From a virus: a DNA stretch of 64,000 bases. A model generated the notes under the pieces. That model made no database searches, was not told the origin of the DNA, and worked only from the letters and a program-made list of their open reading frames with translations. Below, in pieces: positions 20,290 to 30,430 of the stretch. Made by a program: the position numbers and the translations under genes. The stretch's first letter is position 1. Every line of letters begins with the position of its first letter. Location of the stretch: the IMG/VR virus record IMGVR_UViG_3300009370_000002; one strand, given 5' to 3'.

Positions 20290-20832
20290 TTAAAAATACT
20301 CCGGATTAAAACAAGCAACCAAAATTCTATCGATAGATTGTTCATTTTGAATATAATGGTTTTTCAGCCTGCCTTCAATTACCCAATTCGCCCTTGTGTA
20401 AGCTTTTATAGAAGCAATATTTGTTTCATAAATACCACCAAACAATTTTCGTATATTATGTTTTTCAAACGCTATTCGATTTCCAAGCTTAATTGCTTCA
20501 GTGGCAATACCCATGCCATGATATTTCGTATCTCCTACCAAAATTACCAAATCTGAAATTTTGTGTGCTTTATTAATTGGGCCAAGACGTATCTGTCCGA
20601 TTAATAAATTATTTTCTTTATAATATATGCCATAAGTATAGAGTGCCTCCGTTTGTTCTCCATGTAAAATAGAATTTACCACGTCATCTCTTAAAATTGC
20701 CTTTTTCGAACTTGTGTAAAGTTCCATTAATTTTTTATTCTGGAACCATGACATATATCTATCGTCTATTTCCTCGATTGATATTTTTTTTAAATATACT
20801 CTTTCACTCTCTATTCTATTATTCGGGTACAT
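20290..20832 (-). CDS. GNAT N-acetyltransferase (PseH/RimJ-like)
   Basis: YHGMGIATEAI, YETNIASIKAY; position within a sugar pathway. Confidence 0.8.
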   Translation of the reverse strand: MYPNNRIESERVYLKKISIEEIDDRYMSWFQNKKLMELYTSSKKAILRDDVVNSILHGEQTEALYTYGIYYKENNLLIGQIRLGPINKAHKISDLVILVGDTKYHGMGIATEAIKLGNRIAFEKHNIRKLFGGIYETNIASIKAYTRANWVIEGRLKNHYIQNEQSIDRILVACFNPEYF

Positions 20833-20845
20833 GTTTTCTCCTTTT

Positions 20846-21844
20846 TTACTCATCTAAGCCTACCCAGTCATTCTTAATAAAATCATCCACAGCGTATTCT
20901 CTTGTTGATCGGCTTCCTACAACATATTCGTACTTAGATGCGGATATGCACCCCTCCAAGTATGGCCTTTTTGTGGTGATGTTATCAGTAGTAAAAATAT
21001 CACCCTTTTTTATATCAACCTTGGCTATGACAGATCGCCTAGCTTTTACAAATTTCAACTCTGAGTTCGAATATAACTCTTTATTTGGTATCAGTGTTTT
21101 TTCTGCTTCTCTTATGATTTCTATCATCTGTTTCAATTGACAGGGCTCCACTGCAAAAGGATGATCTGGGCCGGGGAGCTTTTTGCTTAAAGTGAAATGT
21201 TTCTCGACAACTGTCGCTCCCAACATTACCGCAAAAGATGGAGTATAAATCGAGGTTGTGTGGTCAGATAAGCCAACTTTAAACCTTTTGTTATGTATTA
21301 AATTTTTAATAACACCCAAATTAATTTCGTTCATTGGTGTTGGGTAAGCATTATTGCAATGCAAAAGCGTTAAATCATTATTATGATTATCGGCAATTTG
21401 AATTATTTTATCTAAATATTCATCCTTGAAGCCTATCCCCAAAGATATAATCAAAGGCAAACCAGTAGATGCCACCATATCAACAAACCTAAAATCAGTA
21501 GATTCAAAGCCAGAAATTTTAAGCCTTTTTACCCCAATATCAACCAATTCCTCAACTGCCTTTTGATCAAATGGGGTTGACATAAATTCAATATTATTTT
21601 CATCACAATAAAGCTTCAAATCACGTTGCCATTCTCTAGGTATTTCTATATCTTTAATCAACTTAGGGATGTTGGTGTGTCCTGCAAAATCAGGTGTATT
21701 TTTACTATAAAGGGTTTCTGATGAATATGTTTGAAACTTAACTGCGTCAGCACCTGCTTCTTTTGCGGCATCAATTAAAGATAAGGCTTGTTTAAAAATT
21801 CGATTATGATTAGACCCGGCTTCGGCTATGACAAAAGTCCTCAT
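20846..21844 (-). CDS. neuB: Nonulosonic acid synthase NeuB/PseI family with C-terminal SAF domain (copy B)
   Basis: VIAEAGSNH, AVKFQ, FMSTPFD, LLHCNNAYP, GLSDHT, VEKHFTL. Confidence 0.92.
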   Translation of the reverse strand: MRTFVIAEAGSNHNRIFKQALSLIDAAKEAGADAVKFQTYSSETLYSKNTPDFAGHTNIPKLIKDIEIPREWQRDLKLYCDENNIEFMSTPFDQKAVEELVDIGVKRLKISGFESTDFRFVDMVASTGLPLIISLGIGFKDEYLDKIIQIADNHNNDLTLLHCNNAYPTPMNEINLGVIKNLIHNKRFKVGLSDHTTSIYTPSFAVMLGATVVEKHFTLSKKLPGPDHPFAVEPCQLKQMIEIIREAEKTLIPNKELYSNSELKFVKARRSVIAKVDIKKGDIFTTDNITTKRPYLEGCISASKYEYVVGSRSTREYAVDDFIKNDWVGLDE

Positions 21845-22809
21845 ATCACACTCTCTATTGGGCGCCATAGGGGAATATTTAATATTTTATGATGCAATTT
21901 TTCTAAAATTGGCAATTTTATTCCATCATTATAATACCCCATCTTATGTAACATGGGGTAATTTCTTGCCCATTTTGTTCTCTTAATTATTTCATCGGCA
22001 TTATCAGTTATTACTGTCCCAAAATAAAAAGAAGATTTTGAATCATGCTTAAGTAAATTATATTTGTTAAACAAAAGCTCATAATTGGCTTTTCTAGCTT
22101 TTAAATTTTTTTGATATCGTTTTATTTGAGTAATTCCTATTGTAGCGTTTAAGTTGTTCATATAAAATTTAAAACCATCAGTTTTTATATCATAAGTAAG
22201 ATTTTTAGAAATTCTACCAAAATCTCTATAGTTATTGAAATAGTTCGCAGCCTCACTTATATCAGTGGAAATCATTCCGCCATCAGAAGTGCAAATTGGC
22301 TTGTATGGGTGAAAAGAAAAAAATATAAAATCTGATTTAATTGTTGGCGTTACGCAATGAGCAGAATCAACAACAATTATTTCATCACCAAAGCCTTCAA
22401 AATTATCAATATTGCTAACTCCTCCATATAAAACTGGCATTAGAACTACTCTATTTTTAGTTTCTTTTCTAATTTTTCTATAGTGTTCGCAAGAAAATTG
22501 TAAATCATCTTGAACATCAACAAACATCAAATTGTGCCCAAAATGCTTAGCACACCAAGCAGGCGAAGTAAATCCTAATGAAGTAGTATAAACATCACAT
22601 ACGCCGAACCTATCTTTTAAATAAGAAAAAATCATAAAAGAAGCAGCAGAGGCTGAATTGCAAGCGATATTGTATTTCTTTTTTGAAAAATCACAGAACA
22701 TATTTTCAAAAACACTCACATTTGATCCAAACCCTATGTTACCAGAAAGTAATATTTTAGAGATATATTCAACATCCTCATTTAATAATTTTGTTTCAAA
22801 GATTTTCAT
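21841..22809 (-). CDS. DegT/DnrJ PLP sugar aminotransferase (PseC-like)
   Basis: ACNSASAA, VDSAH, FSFHPYKPICTSDGG with catalytic Lys. Confidence 0.85.
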   Translation of the reverse strand: MKIFETKLLNEDVEYISKILLSGNIGFGSNVSVFENMFCDFSKKKYNIACNSASAASFMIFSYLKDRFGVCDVYTTSLGFTSPAWCAKHFGHNLMFVDVQDDLQFSCEHYRKIRKETKNRVVLMPVLYGGVSNIDNFEGFGDEIIVVDSAHCVTPTIKSDFIFFSFHPYKPICTSDGGMISTDISEAANYFNNYRDFGRISKNLTYDIKTDGFKFYMNNLNATIGITQIKRYQKNLKARKANYELLFNKYNLLKHDSKSSFYFGTVITDNADEIIKRTKWARNYPMLHKMGYYNDGIKLPILEKLHHKILNIPLWRPIESVI

Positions 22810-23797
22810 CAGATTCCACTTCTCCCCTTTTTATTAATAAACAAAGTGATTCAACATCACCACTTACATGTAGCGATGAATTAAAATGACACCCAGTATA
22901 TTTTTCCCACTGTGCGGTGTGTACTCTTTTGGTATATTGGGGCTTTACGCACAACAGATTTACACCAGCAACCTTATATGTGAAGGGTAATTCTGTTTCT
23001 GCTAGCATGTCTTCGTGCAATTTTTCGCCTGGTCTTAAGCCAACAAGTTCATACTCTATTTTTTTTCCATGAATTTTCTCTATTGATTTCAAAATTGTTT
23101 TCATACCATATGATGGAATCTCAGGAATAAAAACTTCGCCACCCTCAGAATTAATAACCGCAGCCAAGACTGTATCTACTGCGTCTTCGATGGTAAATAA
23201 AAACCTTGTCATAGCTAGGGAAGTTACTTTTATTTTTTTATTATTTTTTAGCATCCCTAACCACAAAGGAATGAAAGAGCCCCTACTGCATATGACGTTG
23301 CCATATCTAACAGACGAAAACACCGTACTCTTACTATAATAATCATAATTTGTAAACACTCTTTCTGCTATAAATTTAGAAGAACCATAAACATTAACTG
23401 GTTGACATGCTTTGTCTGTCGATATTAAAACACATTTTGAAACACTGTTGTTTAAAGAGGCTTGTGCCACGTTTTCAGAGCCTTGTATGTTTGTTTTGAC
23501 GCATTCGTCTGGGTAGAATTCCATGTCGTCTATCCTTTTCAGAGCAGCGGTATGGATCACCACATCAGGACTATGTCTCATCATAGATTTATTCAATTTA
23601 TCATAATCCCTAATATCGCCTATCACTCTTATAATGTCCTTGTTATTGCCAAACAATAATGCTTGTTTGCCTTCATCTCTACTATAAACTATTGGAACAC
23701 CGCCATGTTCCAGTATCCTTCTAATCAGTGCTTTACCAAGAGTGCCAGTCCCACCAGTGATAAAAAATTTTCTATTATTAATAAAATTGCTTTCCAT
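22796..23797 (-). CDS. pseB: UDP-GlcNAc 4,6-dehydratase (PseB/CapD-like)
   Basis: ITGGTGTLG, YSRDEGKQ, STDKACQPVNVYGSSK, VRYGNV, GLRPGEKLHE. Confidence 0.85.
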   Translation of the reverse strand: MESNFINNRKFFITGGTGTLGKALIRRILEHGGVPIVYSRDEGKQALLFGNNKDIIRVIGDIRDYDKLNKSMMRHSPDVVIHTAALKRIDDMEFYPDECVKTNIQGSENVAQASLNNSVSKCVLISTDKACQPVNVYGSSKFIAERVFTNYDYYSKSTVFSSVRYGNVICSRGSFIPLWLGMLKNNKKIKVTSLAMTRFLFTIEDAVDTVLAAVINSEGGEVFIPEIPSYGMKTILKSIEKIHGKKIEYELVGLRPGEKLHEDMLAETELPFTYKVAGVNLLCVKPQYTKRVHTAQWEKYTGCHFNSSLHVSGDVESLCLLIKRGEVESDENL

Positions 23798-23805
23798 TCT
23801 TTCTC

Positions 23806-25140
23806 CTATCCATGAAAATAATTCATCGAATAATATAGTTTCCTTTCATAAATTTCAGGCTTCCGGGTAAATTCAATGTGGGAACCAATTTCGGCATTAT
23901 TTATATGTGCATATTTCGGACCCTTCAAAACCCTCAACAATAACTTGGGGTGCATCCTATATGTCACAAACCTATTACAGTTAGCAATTTCTTCTTCACT
24001 AACCACTTCGTATAGTTCTGAATTATTGTGTATTTTTAATACTTTGTTTTCTATTAAGTAAATAAAAATTTTTGTTTCAGTCTCAAATCTTAATTCCTTT
24101 CTTTTTCTACAGTATCTTTTAAAAGCTTCAGGGAGCAACTTAAGTATCATTTCCAGTGTAACTTCATCATCATATTCATATGGAAATTTAATTTTAGATA
24201 AAACATTATTAATATATTTTTCTTTTCGTTCTACATCAATCGGAACATAAGGTGCAGAAGTTGTTAAGGTTTGTATATCAAAATATTGTTTTTGATTCAA
24301 GCAAAAGCCTGTTCCTTCCTTATAGGCTGATTTATAAATTTCTAATGCCTCTTCTTTGCTAGGGGTAAATTTATATTTTTCTAGCGAAGATAAAAACCCT
24401 GATAATGTATATTCACCAGCATATGGCATATAATACTTCGGCTGAACAAATTTGAGGGTTTTTATACCCCAATCTATAAATTTGCTTCTCTTTACTTTAC
24501 CAAAGTGTTCTTTTTCCAAAGTGCTATAATGACTCCAGCATTGAGGATAAGAACCAGCACCAGTGTAGCTCAAAAATAATAAATCAATAACTCCAAATTT
24601 ATCTAACACACTTTGAAGTGTATTTTGCATCAATGGAAAAGGACAATCATTAATTTGCAAAAAATTGTGTTGCTTTGTTCTTAATAGCGAAAAAGTATCA
24701 ATCCCAATCGAAGCGTTGGGTTTACTTTTTTTTCCACAGCCCAAAAATTTAAAACAGCTTTCTGGGTCACAGCCATCCGCAGCATACACATAAATCTCTA
24801 AATCTTCGCTAATTTTAAATGCCTCCCCATGCTCCAGTTCGATTACTCTTTTTCCAATTCTTTCTAAGATGTTTTTTACAAACTTATCATCCCACTTATG
24901 TATTAGAATGGGAATTTCATTAGAAATTTTATTAAGAGTTTCTACATGGAGATGGTCGGCGTGTACATGGCTTATATGAATATAGTCCAAATCATCAAAC
25001 TCAGACCAGTCTATGTTCAGTTCCGGATATATGCTCCAAGAGCCATATTGAGTTTTGCCCAAAAGCCACGGATCAAATAAAACTTTTGTTCCATTATGTT
25101 CAGCCATGATGGTTGTGTTATTATAAAATTTTATCTTCAC
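23806..25140 (-). CDS. CMAH-like MBL-fold protein, no Rieske domain (copy A)
   Basis: DPWLLG, HISHVHADH, QINDC, GAGSYP, QPKYYMPYAG; clear paralogue of 18961-20289. Confidence 0.7.
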   Translation of the reverse strand: MKIKFYNNTTIMAEHNGTKVLFDPWLLGKTQYGSWSIYPELNIDWSEFDDLDYIHISHVHADHLHVETLNKISNEIPILIHKWDDKFVKNILERIGKRVIELEHGEAFKISEDLEIYVYAADGCDPESCFKFLGCGKKSKPNASIGIDTFSLLRTKQHNFLQINDCPFPLMQNTLQSVLDKFGVIDLLFLSYTGAGSYPQCWSHYSTLEKEHFGKVKRSKFIDWGIKTLKFVQPKYYMPYAGEYTLSGFLSSLEKYKFTPSKEEALEIYKSAYKEGTGFCLNQKQYFDIQTLTTSAPYVPIDVERKEKYINNVLSKIKFPYEYDDEVTLEMILKLLPEAFKRYCRKRKELRFETETKIFIYLIENKVLKIHNNSELYEVVSEEEIANCNRFVTYRMHPKLLLRVLKGPKYAHINNAEIGSHIEFTRKPEIYERKLYYSMNYFHG

Positions 25141-25832
25141 TTATTCACCATTGTTGAGTATAATTTTTCATACATTTTAAATTCCCACTCATAATCAACG
25201 TCAAAGCATTCCCTTTCTTCTATTTCAACCAATTCAATATCTCCGGGTTTGTTAAAATCTCCCATCCAAATAGAATCACCGATAGAGTCCAGTCTTGAAG
25301 CATATAAGCAGTGGGCTGCTTCGTATGTTATTTGAACATTTTTAGTATTCATTGCCGCATCCCTCAATGGCGTAATAAAATTGTAGTTTTCATCCCAAAA
25401 ATAATTCATTTTTTTCATAACGGCGAATGCCCCGTTGGAATCTGAATTCATATAATGAACAATAAATTTATCTATACTCTCAACAGTTAAAAACGGAGTA
25501 CATGCATTAACAAGAATTACATACTTAAAAGGCAATTTGTTCCACCATTCATATAGACCAGTCATATGAGCATCAGGGCCTCCGTCCCACAAGGCGGACT
25601 CCCTACTTCTTTCAAAAACATTAACACCAAGATTTTTGCCAACCTGAATCAACTCAGGCTCATGAACTGCCAAATAAAAATTTTCTTTGGGTAAAACATT
25701 AGAATTTAAAATTTTCTTTACGGCTATTTCTGTTAAAGTGGTTCCTGCAAACGGTCTTATCATCTTACGAGGGCAACGCTCTGACGACAATCTTGCCTGT
25801 ATAAGCACACATATATCTTCAATCTTTTTCAT
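25137..25832 (-). CDS. neuA: CMP-nonulosonate synthetase (NeuA/PseF-like cytidylyltransferase)
   Basis: LIQARLSSERCPRKMIRPF, NACTPFL, DVDYEWEF. Confidence 0.85.
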   Translation of the reverse strand: MKKIEDICVLIQARLSSERCPRKMIRPFAGTTLTEIAVKKILNSNVLPKENFYLAVHEPELIQVGKNLGVNVFERSRESALWDGGPDAHMTGLYEWWNKLPFKYVILVNACTPFLTVESIDKFIVHYMNSDSNGAFAVMKKMNYFWDENYNFITPLRDAAMNTKNVQITYEAAHCLYASRLDSIGDSIWMGDFNKPGDIELVEIEERECFDVDYEWEFKMYEKLYSTMVNK

Positions 25833-26186
25833 CTAGTCTCCTTTTATAACTCGATAGCTATCACTATCAAAATGTTGTGTTGAAAATTCAAACAACTCAG
25901 TATCTTCCATAGCATACATCTGGTGTCTTAAGCCCCTATATATGTGAAATCTGTCACCTTTTTGCAAAATTACCTTTTTGGCGCTCTCCAAGTCATCATC
26001 GTCTGAATAGTAAAGCAGTATCGCACCAGATTGAATGTAAAACACCTCATCCTTAAGTTTGTGATAGTGCCAAGAACACCTCTTACCTTTTACAAAATAC
26101 AAAAGCTTGCCGCAATACTCTTCACAATTTACAATCCACTTTTCAAAGCCCCAACCCTTTGGAACAAATTTTATATTATTATCCAT
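25833..26186 (-). CDS. Cupin protein (sugar isomerase-like)
   Basis: GWGFEKW, CSWHYHKLKDEVFY, HQMYA. Confidence 0.8.
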   Translation of the reverse strand: MDNNIKFVPKGWGFEKWIVNCEEYCGKLLYFVKGKRCSWHYHKLKDEVFYIQSGAILLYYSDDDDLESAKKVILQKGDRFHIYRGLRHQMYAMEDTELFEFSTQHFDSDSYRVIKGD

Positions 26187-27069
26187 TTGAAGCGATTTTT
26201 CCACCTTCGAAATATCGAAGCTTTTTTGCTACCGGGATTTCGTGTTGTAGAAACTCTTTTTGCCCAGTGCCTAAAGTATTAGTAACTTGTCTTGAATGAT
26301 GTATTAGTTGCCTTAAGTCATCTTTTTCAATTGATGCTGCTTGATCGGAGCCATACATTGTTTTATCCAGCGTTATGTGTCTTTCTATGGCAACTGCTCC
26401 TTTGACAACAGACAAAATTGATGGCAAAATACCAGTTTCATGCCCACTATATCCTACATGAACATTATATTGGTTTTTTAATGTCTCCACCATATTAATA
26501 TTGCAATCTTCATCCTTGCAAGGATAAGTTGAAACACAATGAAATAATGTAAACGGACACCCAGCATCTTTGAAAATTTTTACTGCGGTATCAATATCTG
26601 CTGTATTTGACATGCCAGTAGAAATAAAAGTATGTTTCTTTTCAGATGCAATCTCTCTCAAAAGTTCTATGTGAGTTAGCATGGCAGACGCTACTTTATT
26701 AAAAGGTAAATCATATTGTCTTAAGAAAATTTGACTTTTTATGTCCCACGCTGATGCGCTCCATAATATGCCCACATCTTTGCAATATGAATTTATTTCA
26801 TCGTATTGTTCTTTCCCAAATTCTAAACCTTCCTTTTGTTCTCGTTGTGTTGTTCCCCACGGACTTTGCCTTGAAGATGAAAGATAATGTTTAGTATAAA
26901 CAGTATCAATATCTCTTTTTTGGAACTTCACCGCTTGGCATCCTGCTTCGTGTGCCATATCGATAAGCTTCTTGCAGATATTCATATCGCCATTGTGATT
27001 TATACCAATTTCGGCAATAAAAAATGGTAAGTTTAAAGTATCCTGATAAGGATTAAAAGTGGTGCTCAT
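26179..27069 (-). CDS. neuB: Nonulosonic acid synthase NeuB family, short form without SAF domain (copy A)
   Basis: FIAEIGINHNG, AVKFQKR, LFHCVSTYP, GYSGHE, IERHITL. Confidence 0.92.
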   Translation of the reverse strand: MSTTFNPYQDTLNLPFFIAEIGINHNGDMNICKKLIDMAHEAGCQAVKFQKRDIDTVYTKHYLSSSRQSPWGTTQREQKEGLEFGKEQYDEINSYCKDVGILWSASAWDIKSQIFLRQYDLPFNKVASAMLTHIELLREIASEKKHTFISTGMSNTADIDTAVKIFKDAGCPFTLFHCVSTYPCKDEDCNINMVETLKNQYNVHVGYSGHETGILPSILSVVKGAVAIERHITLDKTMYGSDQAASIEKDDLRQLIHHSRQVTNTLGTGQKEFLQHEIPVAKKLRYFEGGKIASNG

Positions 27070-27078
27070 TATATACTC

Positions 27079-27942
27079 CTATTTTATATTATTATAAAGA
27101 ACGTAATTTCTACTAATTTTTTCAGTAATCAAGCTATTTTTCGTCAAAATCTCAATTTCTATTTCTTTCTCAGCCAAGTATTTTAAAATACCTTGTTCGC
27201 CTTTTTGACCAATTTGCTGTTCGCATTCATCCATATCAGATTTAAGATTGTTAACATTAAAATTTTCTGATATGTAATTGAGGGTTGGCTTAAACTCTGG
27301 CTCTGAATCATAAAAATGATTTATGCTTCCGTCTTTTTCTATTTTTGCGCCATCCCAACCTAAAATGCTAATTTTCTTTACCCCAGAGTGAACTAAGATG
27401 GGAATTATCATATCATTCATAATTCCCGGTCCCAATATTCTATTATATGGGCTATTATCTAAAGAATTTTCATGCCATCGATTTGACACAACAACAGAGT
27501 TAGAATGTCTTGCTGTGACATCCGAACCCCACAAAACATCAGGTTCATTATCAAAGCTTTCATTAAAAGTGCCCTTTTCTATCAAATCTGGGTTGACCCA
27601 ATTTTTATATCCGAGAGGCATCTCTTGTCTAGCAAGAACTATATAATCTCTTTCCTTTGGAAATTGGAACGTTGCATAGAAATTAGTAATACACACATCA
27701 GTTATATCTTTGAATTTTAATGTTGAAGTTTTGACGGTAAATACCGGCTTATTTTGACAAAATTCCTCTATCTTTTCTTTTGGAAACTCAGAAACGCTAG
27801 TGCCGCAATTTAATACCACACATTCCAAGCCCTTATAGATGTCTTTGAGCATCGCAGTTTTTAACAAAAGACTTTTCCCAGCAGACATTCTCTTATAAAA
27901 GTCTTTTCTTTGCTTTACAGGTATCTTATTCCACCTACTCAC
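27079..27942 (-). CDS. Maf/DUF115/Cst-like nonulosonate transferase candidate
   Basis: CVVLNCGTS, ISILGWDG motifs; adjacent to neuB. Confidence 0.5.
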   Translation of the reverse strand: MSRWNKIPVKQRKDFYKRMSAGKSLLLKTAMLKDIYKGLECVVLNCGTSVSEFPKEKIEEFCQNKPVFTVKTSTLKFKDITDVCITNFYATFQFPKERDYIVLARQEMPLGYKNWVNPDLIEKGTFNESFDNEPDVLWGSDVTARHSNSVVVSNRWHENSLDNSPYNRILGPGIMNDMIIPILVHSGVKKISILGWDGAKIEKDGSINHFYDSEPEFKPTLNYISENFNVNNLKSDMDECEQQIGQKGEQGILKYLAEKEIEIEILTKNSLITEKISRNYVLYNNIK

Positions 27943-28798
27943 TCAAACACTCCATAACTTTATAAGGCATCTTGCTGCTTACTTCTTCCATCTTATCTAT
28001 TAAATCTGCTCCGGAAAGAGAATACCAATCTTCAGATGCTGCTCCTATAAGTCGCTTTTGGTATGTCGTTTTCAAGTTTAACATCTTAGCTTCAACCAAA
28101 ATCCTAGCACAAGTTTCCAGATGTCCAGTGAAAAAAACCAACCTCTCAAACTTCGACATCTTTTCCATAAACTTGATAAAATTATTATCTTTTATCAATT
28201 CATATTCTAAATTGTTCTTTTCACAATATCTGATACAATCAAGTGTTCTCTTTATTGGGTTGGCTGAATCCATTATTGCAATTTTCTTTGTCTTCTCTGT
28301 GTTGCAAAATCTTCTTATAGATTTTAAATCTTTCTTTGTCCACACAGAAGAAGTCAAATTGCAGACATTATCCAATTCCGTGTTTAATACGAATATGTCT
28401 TTAGCTAACTTTGTCAGAAAAAACACAACTACAGCATTTCTATAAAACTCTATGTTTGCTAATTGGTCTTTTGGCGCTTTGAAATCAACAAACCCTATTG
28501 GATTTCTAGTCTTCAAATATTTATGATCTTGTTCATAAATTGCATACTTGAGATTATCAATAGCATATCGTTTACACTCTTCTTTTAAAAGAATGAAATT
28601 GGAGAAAATAAACTTCTTATCTTTGTTCTTCTCCATAAAATCAACAGTTATTCTTTCTGATTTCATTTTTTGAATATTGACACCAATATCGCTAAACCTT
28701 TCCACCAAAGACTCAGCATTTAATTCTGCGCCTCCTTTGATTTCGGAAAAGAAAAAATCCATCACCATTATTATATTATTCTTCGTCAAGTGCCTCAA
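27935..28798 (-). CDS. Glycosyltransferase-like protein (GT-B)
   Basis: GGAELN, YEQDHKY, ETCARILVEAKMLN; true start may be 28768 or 28762. Confidence 0.6.
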   Translation of the reverse strand: MRHLTKNNIIMVMDFFFSEIKGGAELNAESLVERFSDIGVNIQKMKSERITVDFMEKNKDKKFIFSNFILLKEECKRYAIDNLKYAIYEQDHKYLKTRNPIGFVDFKAPKDQLANIEFYRNAVVVFFLTKLAKDIFVLNTELDNVCNLTSSVWTKKDLKSIRRFCNTEKTKKIAIMDSANPIKRTLDCIRYCEKNNLEYELIKDNNFIKFMEKMSKFERLVFFTGHLETCARILVEAKMLNLKTTYQKRLIGAASEDWYSLSGADLIDKMEEVSSKMPYKVMECLSE

Positions 28799-30014
28799 GC
28801 TCCTTCATCCATTCTACAAACTCTGGCTCGGGTTTGTATATAGCATCACAAAAGCCCGTAAATAGCTTTTCTTCGGTGAATTTCTCATTAATGAGGGCAG
28901 CTAGCTCCGTTGCAGTAGCTTTGCATTTTGCCCAGTTATTGAACGTTTTACGCAGTGTCATCTTATACGAGCCCTGGTCGGCATATGCCCACATCGATTC
29001 CTTTTCAATTACCCCCTCCCATACTGCTTCTTTCTGAACTGGTTGAATTGTATATTCAACAGGCTGGAAATACTCTTTGTGATTGTGGTTTAAGAAATCA
29101 AGCTGCCCTGACCAACCAACAGTTATAATTGGGAGGGCTTCCCTGGCTGCTTCAAAAAGGGGGAGCCCAAACCCTTCGCCATGAGATATGTTTATTAATG
29201 CTTTTATCTTCTCGTTGGTATATAACCCTGCCATCTGCGGTGCTGATAAATCACCATGCAACAAATAAACCTTACATTTCCTTTCACTATATTTTGATAA
29301 CATGTTTTTCATCTGCTTGTTGAGGTGTTCCCAATCCATTATTGAGTTTCCAGTTATGTTGGTTTTGATAACAAGCCCAACCTCCCTATCGATAAATTCT
29401 TCTACCCACCACTTGATAGAATTGTCGAAGTTCTTCCTGGTACCCTGTTGGGAAACCATCAAAAAGTTAAAATCATATTCCAACGTCATTTCTTCTACTG
29501 GGGCTGGTTCTGCTCTAGGGGTTAACTCGTGGACAACCTCGACTGGGGTTGTAAGTTTATAATCAAACTTTTCTCCAGTCTGTTGGTTGTGTGCCTCTGC
29601 TGCTGTATTAATATAAGTGTTTTTTGCATGATTTGAAACAACCAAAATTTTATCCATATCATTGCCCTTTTGCAACCAAACTGGGGATACCTTTGTTGTC
29701 TCAATACCTGCTGTATATCCAATGTTGACTGGTGCAATTTTTTGGAATTCATTGGGAATTGTTACTTGAAGAGATATATCGGGATATAGCTGCTTTTGTT
29801 GCAACAATGCTTGTGTTGTCATTATCTTTTCGTCCATCCAATTCCGAAATTCGGATTCCTCCCATACCCAACCAGTTTTCCCCCAGTTGATTGGTTGGAT
29901 ATAGATATCAAATCTATCTTCTTTTGATCGTAAAGCCCTTAATGCAAATCGAGATTGTTCACCGTAACCCGATTGCGAGAGGACAGGGCCTCTTACAAAT
30001 ATTTTCTTTTTCAT
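28776..30014 (-). CDS. GT4-family glycosyltransferase
   Basis: SQSGYGEQSR, SHGEGFGLPLFEAA; start MKKKIF after GGAG RBS. Confidence 0.85.
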   Translation of the reverse strand: MKKKIFVRGPVLSQSGYGEQSRFALRALRSKEDRFDIYIQPINWGKTGWVWEESEFRNWMDEKIMTTQALLQQKQLYPDISLQVTIPNEFQKIAPVNIGYTAGIETTKVSPVWLQKGNDMDKILVVSNHAKNTYINTAAEAHNQQTGEKFDYKLTTPVEVVHELTPRAEPAPVEEMTLEYDFNFLMVSQQGTRKNFDNSIKWWVEEFIDREVGLVIKTNITGNSIMDWEHLNKQMKNMLSKYSERKCKVYLLHGDLSAPQMAGLYTNEKIKALINISHGEGFGLPLFEAAREALPIITVGWSGQLDFLNHNHKEYFQPVEYTIQPVQKEAVWEGVIEKESMWAYADQGSYKMTLRKTFNNWAKCKATATELAALINEKFTEEKLFTGFCDAIYKPEPEFVEWMKELEALDEE

Positions 30015-30030
30015 TTTTTTCTCCATTCAT

Positions 30031-30059
30031 AATATAACATAAGCTGTTATGGTTGTCAA
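30031..30059 (-). promoter_or_regulatory. sigma70-type promoter
   Basis: TTGACA-17-TATATT. Confidence 0.75.
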
Positions 30060-30430
30060 GTGTCTTTATCAATTTTTTTCAAAGAATAGCCAATGTACTT
30101 CTTTTCCTCATCGCCAATCATAACTTTATAGTACATGTTGTTTGCATTTTTGATTGTTATAAAGATGCCCTCTGGCTTTTTCTTTTCTACCACTATGCCA
30201 ATATCTCCCCTGTATGTTTCAACCAAATCACCAATCTCTATTTGTGGTTTCAACACCTCAATATAATCAGGATGGATTGGCATATCAATATCAAAAGTGT
30301 TGCCATATGGGGCTGGGAATTCCGCGTCATCATTAGGATATAATGGGCCCGAAAACCAAGAAGACGTAACAGGGTTTATCTGCAAGTCTGGTGGGACATA
30401 GTACGTCTTCTTCTCTTTCTTTTTGCTCAC
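30056..30430 (-). CDS. Hypothetical protein with C-terminal KOW/SH3-like GDLV motif
   Basis: IEIGDLVETYRGDIGIVV. Confidence 0.55.
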   Translation of the reverse strand: MSKKKEKKTYYVPPDLQINPVTSSWFSGPLYPNDDAEFPAPYGNTFDIDMPIHPDYIEVLKPQIEIGDLVETYRGDIGIVVEKKKPEGIFITIKNANNMYYKVMIGDEEKKYIGYSLKKIDKDT

